A stretch of DNA of 64,000 nt from Candidatus Nomurabacteria bacterium (GTDB taxonomy: Bacteria; Patescibacteriota; Minisyncoccia; Phycocordibacterales; UBA2100). Positions 19,816-29,620 of this stretch are shown one piece after another. The DNA lies in assembly GCA_943359395.1 (NCBI GenBank), contig CALRHH010000004.1, forward strand, positions 1,699-65,698, written 5' to 3'. The notes under the pieces are model-generated. The model ran no database searches, was not told the origin of the DNA, and saw only the letters and a list, made by a program, of their open reading frames with translations. Made by a program: the position numbers and the translations under genes. The stretch's first letter is position 1; the number at the start of each line of letters is the position of its first letter.

Positions 19816-21564
19816 TTACTGCACTTGGAACATCAGTGTCTGGCTTGTGCCTTGACCGTTTGTTACGTAGAGCGGATACGAACCCGGTGTAACCTGCTGC
19901 GCGACGAGGGTGCAGTACGTGCCTGGCATCGTGTCACACGGAGAACTATACGCGGGAATGGTGTAGTACATGGTTGTGCCATTGTTGAAGGAAGGCACAT
20001 GGAGTGTGCCGCCCTGACCGAAGTGTACGGTGTTGTCGAGTGCGTTGAATCCTGTTCCCTGTAACATCACCTGTGTGCCGACACGACCTGATGTTGGCGT
20101 GAGATACGAGAGCGAGACGTTGCCGTAAGTACCCGAGCCCGAAACAAAAACGGTGGCGCTCGAAGTATTCTGCTGGCCCGCGCTGTTAGCCACCCTGAAT
20201 GTCACCGTATAGGTGCCCGCCGCATTGTACGTGTGGGTGAAGGTTAATGTGTTTGTGCCTTGCGCGTATGTGGTTTGCGGAGCAGATAGTCCCAAGTACC
20301 CCTCGTCGCCCCACGTCACGGATGTCGTCATGTACGCGTTGCCCTGGTTGTTGACCGTGATGGTCCAAGTGCCGAGAGTGCCGAGAGTGAGAGATGTCGG
20401 ACCATTCACGCTCGTGATAGTCGGAGCTCCGTAGGAACCTATAGATGTCACGTTGAACGGAACAGCATTACTTGTCTGGCCGCTGAACGACGAGACCGAT
20501 ACGTTGTATGAACCGATTGTGACGACCTGAGAAGAATACCCGGAGAGTGACGACGGGACGATGAATGACAAGGTACGACCGTCGGTAGAGTTCAAACCAG
20601 TGATAACACCGCCACCGAAGTGGACGGTATTGCCGGTCGGGCTGAATCCGGAACCATACACCGTTACCATAGAACCAACTGCGCCAGAAGTAGGATTGAG
20701 ATACGCGATGTACGGAGCATTTACGTTTGGCGGGCAATACGAAGTCGCGTTGTACGTGCCATAGGTGTACGGGTAGTTACATGCCGAGTAGCTTGCAATG
20801 ACAGTGAACGTAAGTGTGTTGCTCGTACCGCGCGAATTGGTGACGTAGACGCCAACTCCACCGGGGAGAACGCCTCCTGGGATTGTGACGGTGAGCGACG
20901 ATCCGTTGGATGATGGAACGCTCGCCACTGGTTGGCTACCGAAGTACACCGTGTTGTTTAAATAATCGAGATTCGTTCCGTAAATGGTGATGTTTGTACC
21001 CGGCTCACCGGAGACTGGGGAAATAGAGCTCAGCGAAACGCCATACCCGTAGTTGTACGTGTTACAGGTGTACGGATACGTGTTGTAACAATTTGAGTTG
21101 CCGTAGTTGTTATAATTATAATTATTTCCGTAGGCGTACGCTGGGAGAGCCGAGTACGTGAACGGATTGGTGTTGTAATTGTAGTTGTTGTACCCGATAG
21201 AACCACCGCATGTCACCCGCGAAATAGCGGCACGAGTCGCGGCATCAACAACCCCGGTAACCGGGAGGTTTTGCTCTGTCTGGAAATTCCTAACAGCCGT
21301 AAGGGTTGCCGTTCTGTAATTTCCCGTAATCATCCAACTGCCGCCACCTGGGTAATTGCGGCTGACGAGGAAGGTCTGAAGCTGACGCACTTGACTTCCA
21401 TTTGAACCATACAAGAGGTCACTCAGGAGGTTAACGCAGGCACCCACGTAGGGCTGTGTGTAAGTTGAGCCATATGAATAGGTCGGATAATAGCTCTGAG
21501 CAGAGGCTACATTGGCCCCAAGGGCTACGACGGCCACGAGTGAGGAAACAATGACTTTGTTCAT
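19816..21564 (-). CDS. Secreted surface protein: PG-binding domain, IPT/TIG repeats, PKD-like domain
   Basis: Signal peptide; V..LQ.FL, AV..FQ....L..TG.V...TR; three P.SG..G....I.G..F....N.V.FG repeats; WGD...HTY...GTY. Confidence 0.85.
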   Translation of the reverse strand: MNKVIVSSLVAVVALGANVASAQSYYPTYSYGSTYTQPYVGACVNLLSDLLYGSNGSQVRQLQTFLVSRNYPGGGSWMITGNYRTATLTAVRNFQTEQNLPVTGVVDAATRAAISRVTCGGSIGYNNYNYNTNPFTYSALPAYAYGNNYNYNNYGNSNCYNTYPYTCNTYNYGYGVSLSSISPVSGEPGTNITIYGTNLDYLNNTVYFGSQPVASVPSSNGSSLTVTIPGGVLPGGVGVYVTNSRGTSNTLTFTVIASYSACNYPYTYGTYNATSYCPPNVNAPYIAYLNPTSGAVGSMVTVYGSGFSPTGNTVHFGGGVITGLNSTDGRTLSFIVPSSLSGYSSQVVTIGSYNVSVSSFSGQTSNAVPFNVTSIGSYGAPTITSVNGPTSLTLGTLGTWTITVNNQGNAYMTTSVTWGDEGYLGLSAPQTTYAQGTNTLTFTHTYNAAGTYTVTFRVANSAGQQNTSSATVFVSGSGTYGNVSLSYLTPTSGRVGTQVMLQGTGFNALDNTVHFGQGGTLHVPSFNNGTTMYYTIPAYSSPCDTMPGTYCTLVAQQVTPGSYPLYVTNGQGTSQTLMFQVQ

Positions 21565-21666
21565 AAATATGTTAAAAATATGGCTTAAAGCCTTGACTAT
21601 CTACTAATATCAGGGGCTAATACAGCCACTATGCAACAAGATGCTTTTTTATGCAAGCTCCCGCTT

Positions 21667-21796
21667 TTCTTACGGTTTTACTGTTAGAAATAGCGCAGTC
21701 CCTTGGGGATTCCCTGTTTGTCCGCGTGTTGCGCGGTTACAAACAGCAATCCTGTATGGGCTCTCTTCTTTTTCGAGTTTTATGACCGAGAAAGCT
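21667..21796. ncRNA. Candidate rod-shaped structured RNA (6S-like architecture)
   Basis: Nested stems GGATT/AATCC, CTGTTTGT/ACAAACAG, CCGCG/CGCGG, a possible central bubble and closing stem GCTTTCT.CGGT/ACCG..AGAAAAGC. Confidence 0.35.
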
Positions 21797-22664
21797 TCGA
21801 ATTATCGGTCAGGAGCAAAACGCCAAGAAGAAACGGGGGCAGAGAGGCAAGCTGCCAAATGTTTGGAAGCTGATGTAGGATAATCCATGCCAGTACCAAG
21901 GTCACTAGAGGCGTAATGCTCACGAGTGCGCTCGCTTTTGTCACAGATACTCGGTGAATGCCCTCAATCCAGAGCATCTTTTCAAATCCAAGAAAAACTA
22001 CCCCGTTCAAGAGAAGGAGCGGCAACGCCGCCGATACACCACCCACCGTACCACTGACGTTAAAAAAATACAAAAATGCAAATAAAACTATCGCGGACAG
22101 CGCGCTGCGTAAAAACATGATGCTATCGCTTGAAGCAATTTTGCGAGCCTTCTGTTGGAAATAATTCCCGAACGGTGCGATAAAGGTCGCACAAAGAATA
22201 AATACATCTCCCGCGTTTATACCTCCGAAGTCACGTCCGAGAATGATGAGAGCGCCGGCAATCATGAGAGCGGCCCCCAGTATATGTGCCGGTAAGATGC
22301 CCTCCTTGCGATAGATATTAAAAAAGACGAAGGATGTGCATATTTGAAAGAGAATAATGATGGAAACATTGCCCGGCGTCGAATATTTGAGACCGGAAAA
22401 ATAGAGGCCGTAAAAGAGTATCCCGATAAAAAAAGTGATGAGGGCACCGTATTTCCACAAGAGTGGATTCCGAAGCTCCATCCAGTGTTTACGATATGTG
22501 ATCAAGCATGCGAAAAAGGTAGCCGCAAACAACGTACTCCACGCAAGTGAAACGAAATTAGAGACCTGCGTATAGGTAAGGGTAACCCCGATGGGGAGAA
22601 AACCTCCGAGTGTCGCGGCTGAAAGTACGTAGAGATCCCCCTTCCGCGTCTCGGACCAGGTCAT
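21780..22664 (-). CDS. EamA/DMT family transporter
   Basis: About 10 TM segments, two EamA repeats. Confidence 0.9.
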   Translation of the reverse strand: MTWSETRKGDLYVLSAATLGGFLPIGVTLTYTQVSNFVSLAWSTLFAATFFACLITYRKHWMELRNPLLWKYGALITFFIGILFYGLYFSGLKYSTPGNVSIIILFQICTSFVFFNIYRKEGILPAHILGAALMIAGALIILGRDFGGINAGDVFILCATFIAPFGNYFQQKARKIASSDSIMFLRSALSAIVLFAFLYFFNVSGTVGGVSAALPLLLLNGVVFLGFEKMLWIEGIHRVSVTKASALVSITPLVTLVLAWIILHQLPNIWQLASLPPFLLGVLLLTDNSKLSRS

Positions 22665-22672
22665 CGGGCAAG

Positions 22673-22775
22673 TATACCCCGTGAGATATGGACGATTTCA
22701 CGGCGAGGGAACCATGAACGCTCTGCAATTCAAGAAAGTCTACCAAAAGATAGCGTGTCTATCTCATGGGGTATA
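22673..22775. mobile_element. TIR-bounded mini-element, copy b
   Basis: TATACCCCGTGAGATA ... TATCTCATGGGGTATA. Confidence 0.75.
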
Positions 22776-22781
22776 TCAACG

Positions 22782-24101
22782 CTAACGTGAGAAGCGGCGT
22801 GGGCCTCGTGATGGGCCGCGAGACGATGGACGCGATGATGAAGAGCGGCGTGGGCGACTTCCGAAGCCGGAACCTCCTCTTGGAGTAAAACCTCCCGGTT
22901 GCGGACGAGAAAATCTTCGTGGTCGGTCGTCATTGACATACGGCTGAGCTGCGCGAGCAGGCGGAAGTGCGGGCAGTACTGAGATGGGAACGGTTTTCCG
23001 GATAAGGTATTCAATATCGCGTATCTCGCGTTTCTGATGCGGTTCGGCAAAGGATATTGCGTGGCCTTCGGCACCTGCGCGCGCGGTGCGGCCGATACGG
23101 TGGACGTAATCGGAGGTGTCCATCGGCAGGTCGTAATTGATGACAAGTTCTATTCCCTTCACGTCGATACCGCGCGAAGCGATATCGGTCGCGACCAGCA
23201 CACGATATTTTCCATTCTTAAATCCTTCCAATGCTTCGCGCCGCTGCGAGAGAGAGCGATTTCCGTGAATCTCTGCGGCAGTGTGCCCCATCGATGCGAC
23301 AGTGCGCATGATGCGCTTCGCGCCGTGCTTGGTTCGGGAGAAGACGAGCGTCGAACCCGCGTAATCGCCGAGAACCTTTTCTAACAAACGTGCCTTGTCT
23401 TCCTTGCGCACGATGAAAAATTCCTGAGTGACTTTTGCCACCGTCGTGCCCGCAGGTGCGACCTCGATGCGCAACGGCAGCGTCATGTGCTGCGTCGCGA
23501 GTTGCATAATTTCTTTTGAGAGCGTTGCCGAGAATAGCATCGTCTGGCGCTTTGTGGGGGCTGCCGCGATTATTTTCTTCACTTGCGGCCAGAAGCCCAT
23601 GTCGAGCATACGGTCTGCTTCGTCGAGAATGAGGACCTCTACCATGTCGAGCTTAAGAGTCTTTTGGGCAAGGTGGTCGAGCAAACGGCCGGGAGTTGCA
23701 ATAATGACGTGTGGGTCACGACGGAGCGAAGAAATCTGCATACCCATTGAAGCGCCTCCGATGAATACGGTGGTGCGAAGACCGAGCGGTCGCGCAAGTT
23801 TTGAGAGTGTCTCATCTACTTGCAGTGCAAGCTCGCGCGTAGGCACGAGAATGAGTCCCCGACCGGTTCCTGCCGCCAGTCGCTGGAGGAGCGGGATGCC
23901 AAACGCAAGTGTTTTGCCCGTACCTGTCTGGGCAACGCCGACAACATCCTTACCTGCGACTCCCTCGGGAATGGCACGGTATTGGATGGGTGTCGGTGTA
24001 GTGAAATTGAGCTTCCCGAGTATATCTAAAATGTTCGGTGAAATGCCGAGACCATTGAACGTATGCTCCGACATAGGCGGAGTGGAAGGTGTTGGAGTCA
24101 T
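22782..24101 (-). CDS. DEAD-box RNA helicase (RhlE-like)
   Basis: Q motif, AQTGTGKT, PTRELA, DEAD, SAT, HRIGRT.RAG, RS-rich tail. Confidence 0.96.
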   Translation of the reverse strand: MTPTPSTPPMSEHTFNGLGISPNILDILGKLNFTTPTPIQYRAIPEGVAGKDVVGVAQTGTGKTLAFGIPLLQRLAAGTGRGLILVPTRELALQVDETLSKLARPLGLRTTVFIGGASMGMQISSLRRDPHVIIATPGRLLDHLAQKTLKLDMVEVLILDEADRMLDMGFWPQVKKIIAAAPTKRQTMLFSATLSKEIMQLATQHMTLPLRIEVAPAGTTVAKVTQEFFIVRKEDKARLLEKVLGDYAGSTLVFSRTKHGAKRIMRTVASMGHTAAEIHGNRSLSQRREALEGFKNGKYRVLVATDIASRGIDVKGIELVINYDLPMDTSDYVHRIGRTARAGAEGHAISFAEPHQKREIRDIEYLIRKTVPISVLPALPPARAAQPYVNDDRPRRFSRPQPGGFTPRGGSGFGSRPRRSSSSRPSSRGPSRGPRRFSR

Positions 24102-24210
24102 TGAAATATAGCTAGAAACGTGAACTAATGTCTGATGGTACCATGAAAATCACATAAACGCAAACCTGCCTTGGGACGAGGAGACACACTTAAAGAAAAG
24201 CTCATTCTCT

Positions 24211-24420
24211 CTATCTATTGTGCCTCATATTGTCGAGCGCCCATGTGTACTCAATAATCAGCACCGCTATCCACTGCGGTTCATTGTGGAGAAGAAAGAA
24301 AATCGCCCCAAAGATAACTGCCGAGGTATTGACAATAAAAAAGGCAATATCAAAAACTTCTTCGTGTCGAGATATCTTCTCATTATTGGTAACGTACAGC
24401 AGCCATTCTTTTAGATTCAT
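24211..24420 (-). CDS. Small hypothetical membrane protein
   Basis: Two hydrophobic segments; start uncertain (MNLKEW chosen to avoid overlap). Confidence 0.55.
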   Translation of the reverse strand: MNLKEWLLYVTNNEKISRHEEVFDIAFFIVNTSAVIFGAIFFLLHNEPQWIAVLIIEYTWALDNMRHNR

Positions 24421-24436
24421 ATCGTAGTTAGGGACG

Positions 24437-24832
24437 CTACTCGGTAGTTTTTCCATCGAATTCTTCTTCATCACCTTCTGCCTCCGCCTTAGTCGCGTGA
24501 ATGATTCCATCGCGGTGATTAGGCGGAGAATAGACCGTATAAAGCTTCATCGCCCTATCCGAGGATGTATTGACGATGTTGTGGAGCGCTCCCGCGGGAA
24601 CGACGATTGAAAACCCGTCGCCGATAGAGTGCTCAACGCCGTCCAAAATTGCCTTCCCCTCGCCCACTTCGCAACGGATAAACTGATCAAGCTGGTGAAC
24701 CTCTTCACCGATGTCCTCACCTGGTCGGAGACTCATCAATACAAGCTGACTATTTTTAGCGGTGTAGAGTACCTTACGGAAGTCCTCATTCTCAAGTGAC
24801 GCTTTTTCTATGTTGGCTACGTAACCCTTCAT
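24437..24832 (-). CDS. Cupin domain protein
   Basis: N..FRKVLYT...QLVLMSL, EDIGEEVH..DQF, VPAG..HN, KLYT.YSPP.H. Confidence 0.92.
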   Translation of the reverse strand: MKGYVANIEKASLENEDFRKVLYTAKNSQLVLMSLRPGEDIGEEVHQLDQFIRCEVGEGKAILDGVEHSIGDGFSIVVPAGALHNIVNTSSDRAMKLYTVYSPPNHRDGIIHATKAEAEGDEEEFDGKTTE

Positions 24833-24951
24833 ATCCGCTTCGGCTTTTTTACCTTTTTTATTCCGAGATTCTTAACCTTTCCCTCAAGCCGGTGCGCCTG
24901 CCAACGCTTCGTGGTTTCTCCCTTCATTACCTTATGATGCGGTTTTTTCAT
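24829..24951 (-). CDS. Small basic protein, 40 aa (not in ORF track)
   Basis: MKKPHHKVMKGETTKRWQAHRLEGKVKNLGIKKVKKPKRI; stop overlaps the cupin start (ATGA). Confidence 0.55.
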   Translation of the reverse strand: MKKPHHKVMKGETTKRWQAHRLEGKVKNLGIKKVKKPKRI

Positions 24952-25005
24952 AGCACTGCAATTAGGAGCACGCGAATAATATCTTCAGTATACGCCTGAA
25001 AGAGA

Positions 25006-25386
25006 CTACTGGAACTCTATGCGAAAATTGTACATCCCCATCGAGCACAGGCCTTGCATCGTGCCCTGTGCCTGCTCGCTTGAGATACTGATTTCTTCCG
25101 TACCCGACGATTGCAGGAATTTTTGATATGAAAGCTTCGGAATGACCAAACTGGACGAACAATCGAATGTCCCACTCGTCTTGACACGCAGTACAGTCGG
25201 CATGCCTGCCGTCGCGATAATGATACGCGGCTTATATCCGCCCTTAGCGGTAATATCGACGAACTGTGTTCCACCCACGACGGTTGCGACACCAGACGCA
25301 CCTGTGAAGGATTGGCTCCCCAGCCAGAGGCCTCCTCCGATAACGAGGAGACTGATGCCGACAGAGAGAATAATTGATTTGTTCAT
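25006..25386 (-). CDS. Cupredoxin domain protein
   Basis: GY.P..I....G.P..L, C...L.IP, CSMGMY. Confidence 0.88.
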   Translation of the reverse strand: MNKSIILSVGISLLVIGGGLWLGSQSFTGASGVATVVGGTQFVDITAKGGYKPRIIIATAGMPTVLRVKTSGTFDCSSSLVIPKLSYQKFLQSSGTEEISISSEQAQGTMQGLCSMGMYNFRIEFQ

Positions 25387-25391
25387 ATTGA

Positions 25392-26414
25392 TTAGACGTT
25401 CAAAACCGGACTAATAATCCCCGCCGTAGCAAGGGCATTTGTAAGATTGAGAAGCGCCAACATAATAACGATGATTCCTGCCGTCTTGAAAAATATCCCC
25501 TTCCACGGCTTGTGCGCGATATTGAGTGAGCCGAATGAAAGGAGCGCGAGCATCGGAAATGTGCCGAGTGCAAAAACAGACATCGTCATGGCACCTTGCA
25601 TGAAGCTTCCTGTCGAGAGTGCGTAGAGTTGCATGGATTGGGTAAATCCGCAGGGGAGGAAGAACGTCCCGATGCCGACGAGAACTGGTGCGAGGTAATG
25701 GTCGTGCCTGCTCCCCCGCACGACGTGTCGCGAGAGCCCTGCGGGCATCGTAATTTGGAGTCGTTTTGTGAAATGAAATATATCGAGCAGATTGATGCCG
25801 AGAACGAACATTACGAGAGCGACTACGATGCCGAGTACCACATTGGCGGTGAGCCCGAGATGGAAGGAGCTTCCAATCAATCCAATAACACCGCCGAGTA
25901 CGAAGAAACCACCGAGTCTGCCCACATGGAAGAGCGTCTGCGTCCGCCACGTACCCCCTTCTTTTGCAGAGCTTGCAGAGAGTGACAACACAAGTCCGCC
26001 AACGATGGCGAGACACGAGGAAACCGAGGCAATGAGTCCGATGACGAATGCCGTCCCATAGCTCACATTCGAACTCGTAATGAGATTCGCGAGCCCCGCT
26101 TTTTGCAGCGCGATAAATCCCGCAATAAGTACGAGCGCGATAGGAAGCGCATACACGAAATCCCCCCATCCGGCATTTTTTTGCTGTTTTTCAACAGAGA
26201 TAGTGTACCCGTGACTTTTAACAAGCGCCGTCAGCTGTTCGGCTATTGCCTCGGGTGCGTCAGCCAAATCTCCCGTAATGCTCACCTGGTGGTTCGCGAG
26301 AGACGCTCTCACATCGGAGACGTGCGGCAACTCTTTGAATGTTTCTTCTATAAGAAGGGTGCACGCTTTGCAGTGCATGCCGCTCACGTGGAACATGTAT
26401 CTCTCATTGTTCAT
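25392..26414 (-). CDS. HMA domain plus TauE/SafE (DsbD_2) membrane protein
   Basis: GMHCKAC; SSC...GG, F..GR, PCGFTQ.MQ, F.LGT.P. Confidence 0.9.
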   Translation of the reverse strand: MNNERYMFHVSGMHCKACTLLIEETFKELPHVSDVRASLANHQVSITGDLADAPEAIAEQLTALVKSHGYTISVEKQQKNAGWGDFVYALPIALVLIAGFIALQKAGLANLITSSNVSYGTAFVIGLIASVSSCLAIVGGLVLSLSASSAKEGGTWRTQTLFHVGRLGGFFVLGGVIGLIGSSFHLGLTANVVLGIVVALVMFVLGINLLDIFHFTKRLQITMPAGLSRHVVRGSRHDHYLAPVLVGIGTFFLPCGFTQSMQLYALSTGSFMQGAMTMSVFALGTFPMLALLSFGSLNIAHKPWKGIFFKTAGIIVIMLALLNLTNALATAGIISPVLNV

Positions 26415-28705
26415 ATCTTTTTTGTTTTAATCCGTAATGAGTTTCCGACGACTGACACGCTTGAAAACGCCATGGCAAATCCCGCGAATACCGGCGAGAG
26501 AAGCCAGCCGACGACGGGAAAGAAAATCCCACTGGCAAGCGGAATGCCGACGATATTGTAGAAGAATGCCCAGAAGAGGTTCTGTTTGATGCCGCGCATC
26601 GTCATTTTTGACAAACGCACAGCCATGACCAGTTTTGAAATATCGCCGTGCAATAAGGTAATACCTGCAGTTTCTATTGCCACATCGGTGCCCGTCGCCA
26701 TCGCAATGCCCACGTCTGCTTGTGCGAGCGCGGGGGCATCGTTCACGCCGTCGCCCGCCATTGCAACCACACTGCCTGCCGCTTGGAGATCCTTAATCTT
26801 ATTGAGTTTGTCCTCGGGCAATACTTCGGCGACGACTTCGTCAATGCCGACCGAGTCAGCAATAAATCGCGCCGTATTTTTATCGTCACCCGTAAGCATA
26901 ACGACCGAGATACCGAGCGCGTGCAAATCCCTCACGGCAACAACTGCTTCAGGCTTCACCTGATCGGCAACCATGATGACAGCGAGCGCTTTCCCGCTCG
27001 CGGCAAGAATGACGGGCGTCTTGCCTTCGGACGTGTCTTTTTCGAGTGAAGCGAATTCTGCTCCCAGCTCCCGCGCGAGCTTCTCGCTCCCGACGCGATA
27101 TTCCACACCGCCCACCTTACCGCCGAGCCCTTTTCCTTTTATTATCTCAAATTGTTCCACGGGCAGGAGCGCGACACTTTTCTCTTTCGCATAATTCACG
27201 ACCGCGTGCGCTATTGGGTGTTCGGACTTACTTTCCAGAGATGCGAGTATCGCAATAATGTCTGAGTCACGCTTGTCGGACAGGTTCTGTATGGATACGA
27301 GTTCCGGCTTGCCCCGCGTGATGGTGCCTGTCTTATCAACGAGAATGATGTTCACTTTGTGCAATTTTTCCAGTGTCGCCGCGTCTTTGACGAGGATTCC
27401 CTCTTTCGCTCCTTTGCCAACTCCTACGATTATCGCGGTTGGTGTCGCGAGCCCGAGCGCGCACGGGCACGCAATGACGAGCACGCCGACGAATGAGGTG
27501 AGGCCAAATGCAAACGCCTGCGCGAAGCCGAGATACTGCGAACCGATGACGAGCCACGCACCCAGCGCAAGAAACGCAATAACGAGTACGATGGGTACGA
27601 AAATACCGGAAATTTTGTCCGCAAGCGCCTGAATGGGCGCACGAGAGCCTTGAGCCTCCTCAACCATCTTCACGATGCGCGCGAGCATTGTTTCGGAGCC
27701 GACCTTCGTCGCCTTGAAGGTGAACGAACCGCTTGTATTAATAGTCCCTGCTACTACCGTATCCCCCGCCGACTTTTTTATCGGCATGGGCTCCCCCGTG
27801 ATCATCGATTCATCGACGTACGACGAGCCTTCGGTGAGCACTCCGTCCACTGGAATTCTCCCCGCAGGCTTAACGATGATAAGCTCCCCGTGAACGACCT
27901 TCTCAACGGGAATCTCTACTTCTTTGCCGTCGCGCACGACGAGCGCCGTCTTTGCCTGCAGATTCAAAAGCTTTTCTATCGCGTCGCCGGTCTTCACTTT
28001 TGCCTGCGCCTCGAGGTACTTGCCGAGCGCGATGAACGTAATGACGATAATGGTCACGTCAAAATAGACGCTGTCAACGTTGATGAACGTCCGCAGTGCG
28101 TCTTCAAATGATATAACGACGACGCTGTATATGAATGCCGCGAGCGTACCCATGCCGATAAGCGTGTCCATATTCGCCGCGCCGTAGCGCAAGAACCGGT
28201 AGAATCCGAGCAGATACGGCTTGCCGACGACGAAGAGCATGTAGGTCGCCATCAAGGGAAGCAAATGATGAAAAAATCCCTTCCACACATACGGGACAGT
28301 GGGAAGAATATTGAATTGGGCGAGGATTTCCCAACCCATCACGAATACACTGAAAACCGCCAAGGGAATGGCGGATGCCACCATGCGTTTCATCGCAGCT
28401 ATTTCGGCAAGCTTCTCGTCTTTTGATTGATTGAGGCCGAGGTGCGCCGCGTGTTCGCCCTCACTCATACCCATTGAGGCGGCAGTCGGCTGCGCCAGAG
28501 CCACGAGTGTATATCCAAGCGGTTCTACCTTTTGAGAGAGGTGGTTATGACCTGTCTTTGATTCATCAAAAGTGACCTTGGCGGTTTCCGTCCCGTAGTT
28601 CACCTGAATATCCTGCACGCCATCCACTTTCTTGAGCGTTTTCTCAATAATGCTTGCGCACGACGCACAGTGCATACCTTTTACCCTGTACGTGTGGTGT
28701 GCCAT
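26411..28705 (-). CDS. copA: Copper-translocating P1B-type ATPase
   Basis: GMHCASC, TGE, CPCALGLATP, DKTGT, SEHP, GDGVND, YN, MAFSS. Confidence 0.95.
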   Translation of the reverse strand: MAHHTYRVKGMHCASCASIIEKTLKKVDGVQDIQVNYGTETAKVTFDESKTGHNHLSQKVEPLGYTLVALAQPTAASMGMSEGEHAAHLGLNQSKDEKLAEIAAMKRMVASAIPLAVFSVFVMGWEILAQFNILPTVPYVWKGFFHHLLPLMATYMLFVVGKPYLLGFYRFLRYGAANMDTLIGMGTLAAFIYSVVVISFEDALRTFINVDSVYFDVTIIVITFIALGKYLEAQAKVKTGDAIEKLLNLQAKTALVVRDGKEVEIPVEKVVHGELIIVKPAGRIPVDGVLTEGSSYVDESMITGEPMPIKKSAGDTVVAGTINTSGSFTFKATKVGSETMLARIVKMVEEAQGSRAPIQALADKISGIFVPIVLVIAFLALGAWLVIGSQYLGFAQAFAFGLTSFVGVLVIACPCALGLATPTAIIVGVGKGAKEGILVKDAATLEKLHKVNIILVDKTGTITRGKPELVSIQNLSDKRDSDIIAILASLESKSEHPIAHAVVNYAKEKSVALLPVEQFEIIKGKGLGGKVGGVEYRVGSEKLARELGAEFASLEKDTSEGKTPVILAASGKALAVIMVADQVKPEAVVAVRDLHALGISVVMLTGDDKNTARFIADSVGIDEVVAEVLPEDKLNKIKDLQAAGSVVAMAGDGVNDAPALAQADVGIAMATGTDVAIETAGITLLHGDISKLVMAVRLSKMTMRGIKQNLFWAFFYNIVGIPLASGIFFPVVGWLLSPVFAGFAMAFSSVSVVGNSLRIKTKKI

Positions 28706-28706
28706 A

Positions 28707-28982
28707 TTACTTGCGCTTGAGCTTGTAGACCGTTAGTACTTCACCGATAGCCTTTTTTGCGTCCCCGCTTTGTATCTGCTTCACGACGCACGTCGAGAGA
28801 TGGTTCTCCAGTATCATATTTTCCACATTTGATAGCCCCTGCTTCACCGCCGACGTTTGTGTAATGACATCCACACAATATGTGTCTTTCGCTATCATGT
28901 CCTGAAGTCCCCGGATCTGCCCTTCGATTATTTTGAGCCGACGGACAATCTTTCCCGTAGCAGCACCATGTGCGTGTCCCAT
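28707..28982 (-). CDS. csoR: CsoR/RcnR family metal-sensing repressor
   Basis: RL..IEGQ.RGL..M, YC.D...Q..AV, H...C. Confidence 0.9.
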   Translation of the reverse strand: MGHAHGAATGKIVRRLKIIEGQIRGLQDMIAKDTYCVDVITQTSAVKQGLSNVENMILENHLSTCVVKQIQSGDAKKAIGEVLTVYKLKRK

Positions 28983-28991
28983 ATGCGCAGG

Positions 28992-29021
28992 AGTATATAC
29001 CCCCCTGGGGGTATCTGTCAA
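28992..29021 (-). promoter_or_regulatory. Promoter with CsoR-type operator
   Basis: TTGACA-N18-TATACT; spacer holds the palindrome TACCCCC-AG-GGGGGTA (28998-29013). Confidence 0.85.
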
Positions 29022-29053
29022 ACGGTGTGGAAAACTCCTGCGGCCGGAAACGA

Positions 29054-29569
29054 CTACCGGGTCTTGATGACCGTTGAGGAAGGTAAGCTCGCCCGTATCT
29101 TCGCGAGATCCGCTTCCGAGTACGCGTTGCCCGACAGGTCGAGCAGTTTCAGCTTGGACAAATTACCCAGCTCGTACGGAAGCCCTGTGAGTCGGTTGTT
29201 TGAGAGATTCAAAACTTCCAGATTTTTGAGCTGCCCTATCTCCGCCGGTACTCCGGTAAATTTGTTGTTGCTGAGGTTCAAGATTTTGAGATTTTGCAGA
29301 TGACGGATCTCGGCCTGCAATGAACCATCGAGTTCGTTGTTGGAGAGATTGAGTTCTTCTACATCAGTCCGGGTAAAAATGTAGCCAGGTGCTTTGGTAA
29401 GTCCTTGCCCGCTCAGATTCAATACACCACGCACGGTAGTCGTGGTGGTACCTCCGGGCTCGACACTTATTGTATCTGCCGGCTTGTCGCCGGTACTATT
29501 TTCTTTAACAACGTAGACGGCTGTGGCCACCGCAAGGACGACGAAGATGACAATGAGTATATATTTCAT
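29054..29569 (-). CDS. Membrane-anchored leucine-rich repeat protein
   Basis: LxxLxLSNNxLxxLPxEIGxL repeats. Confidence 0.92.
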   Translation of the reverse strand: MKYILIVIFVVLAVATAVYVVKENSTGDKPADTISVEPGGTTTTTVRGVLNLSGQGLTKAPGYIFTRTDVEELNLSNNELDGSLQAEIRHLQNLKILNLSNNKFTGVPAEIGQLKNLEVLNLSNNRLTGLPYELGNLSKLKLLDLSGNAYSEADLAKIRASLPSSTVIKTR

Positions 29570-29620
29570 ACCTTAAAGACGTGCAGATACCTCTTCTATT
29601 ACATCTGCGGACGCGGTGCT

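Noticed and set aside
21040..21200. Tyr/Asn-rich low-complexity DNA as a tandem repeat
   Set aside because: Explained by a low-complexity linker in the surface protein.
28998..29013. Palindrome as an empty TIR element
   Set aside because: Lacks GTGAGA; its position and sequence fit a CsoR operator.
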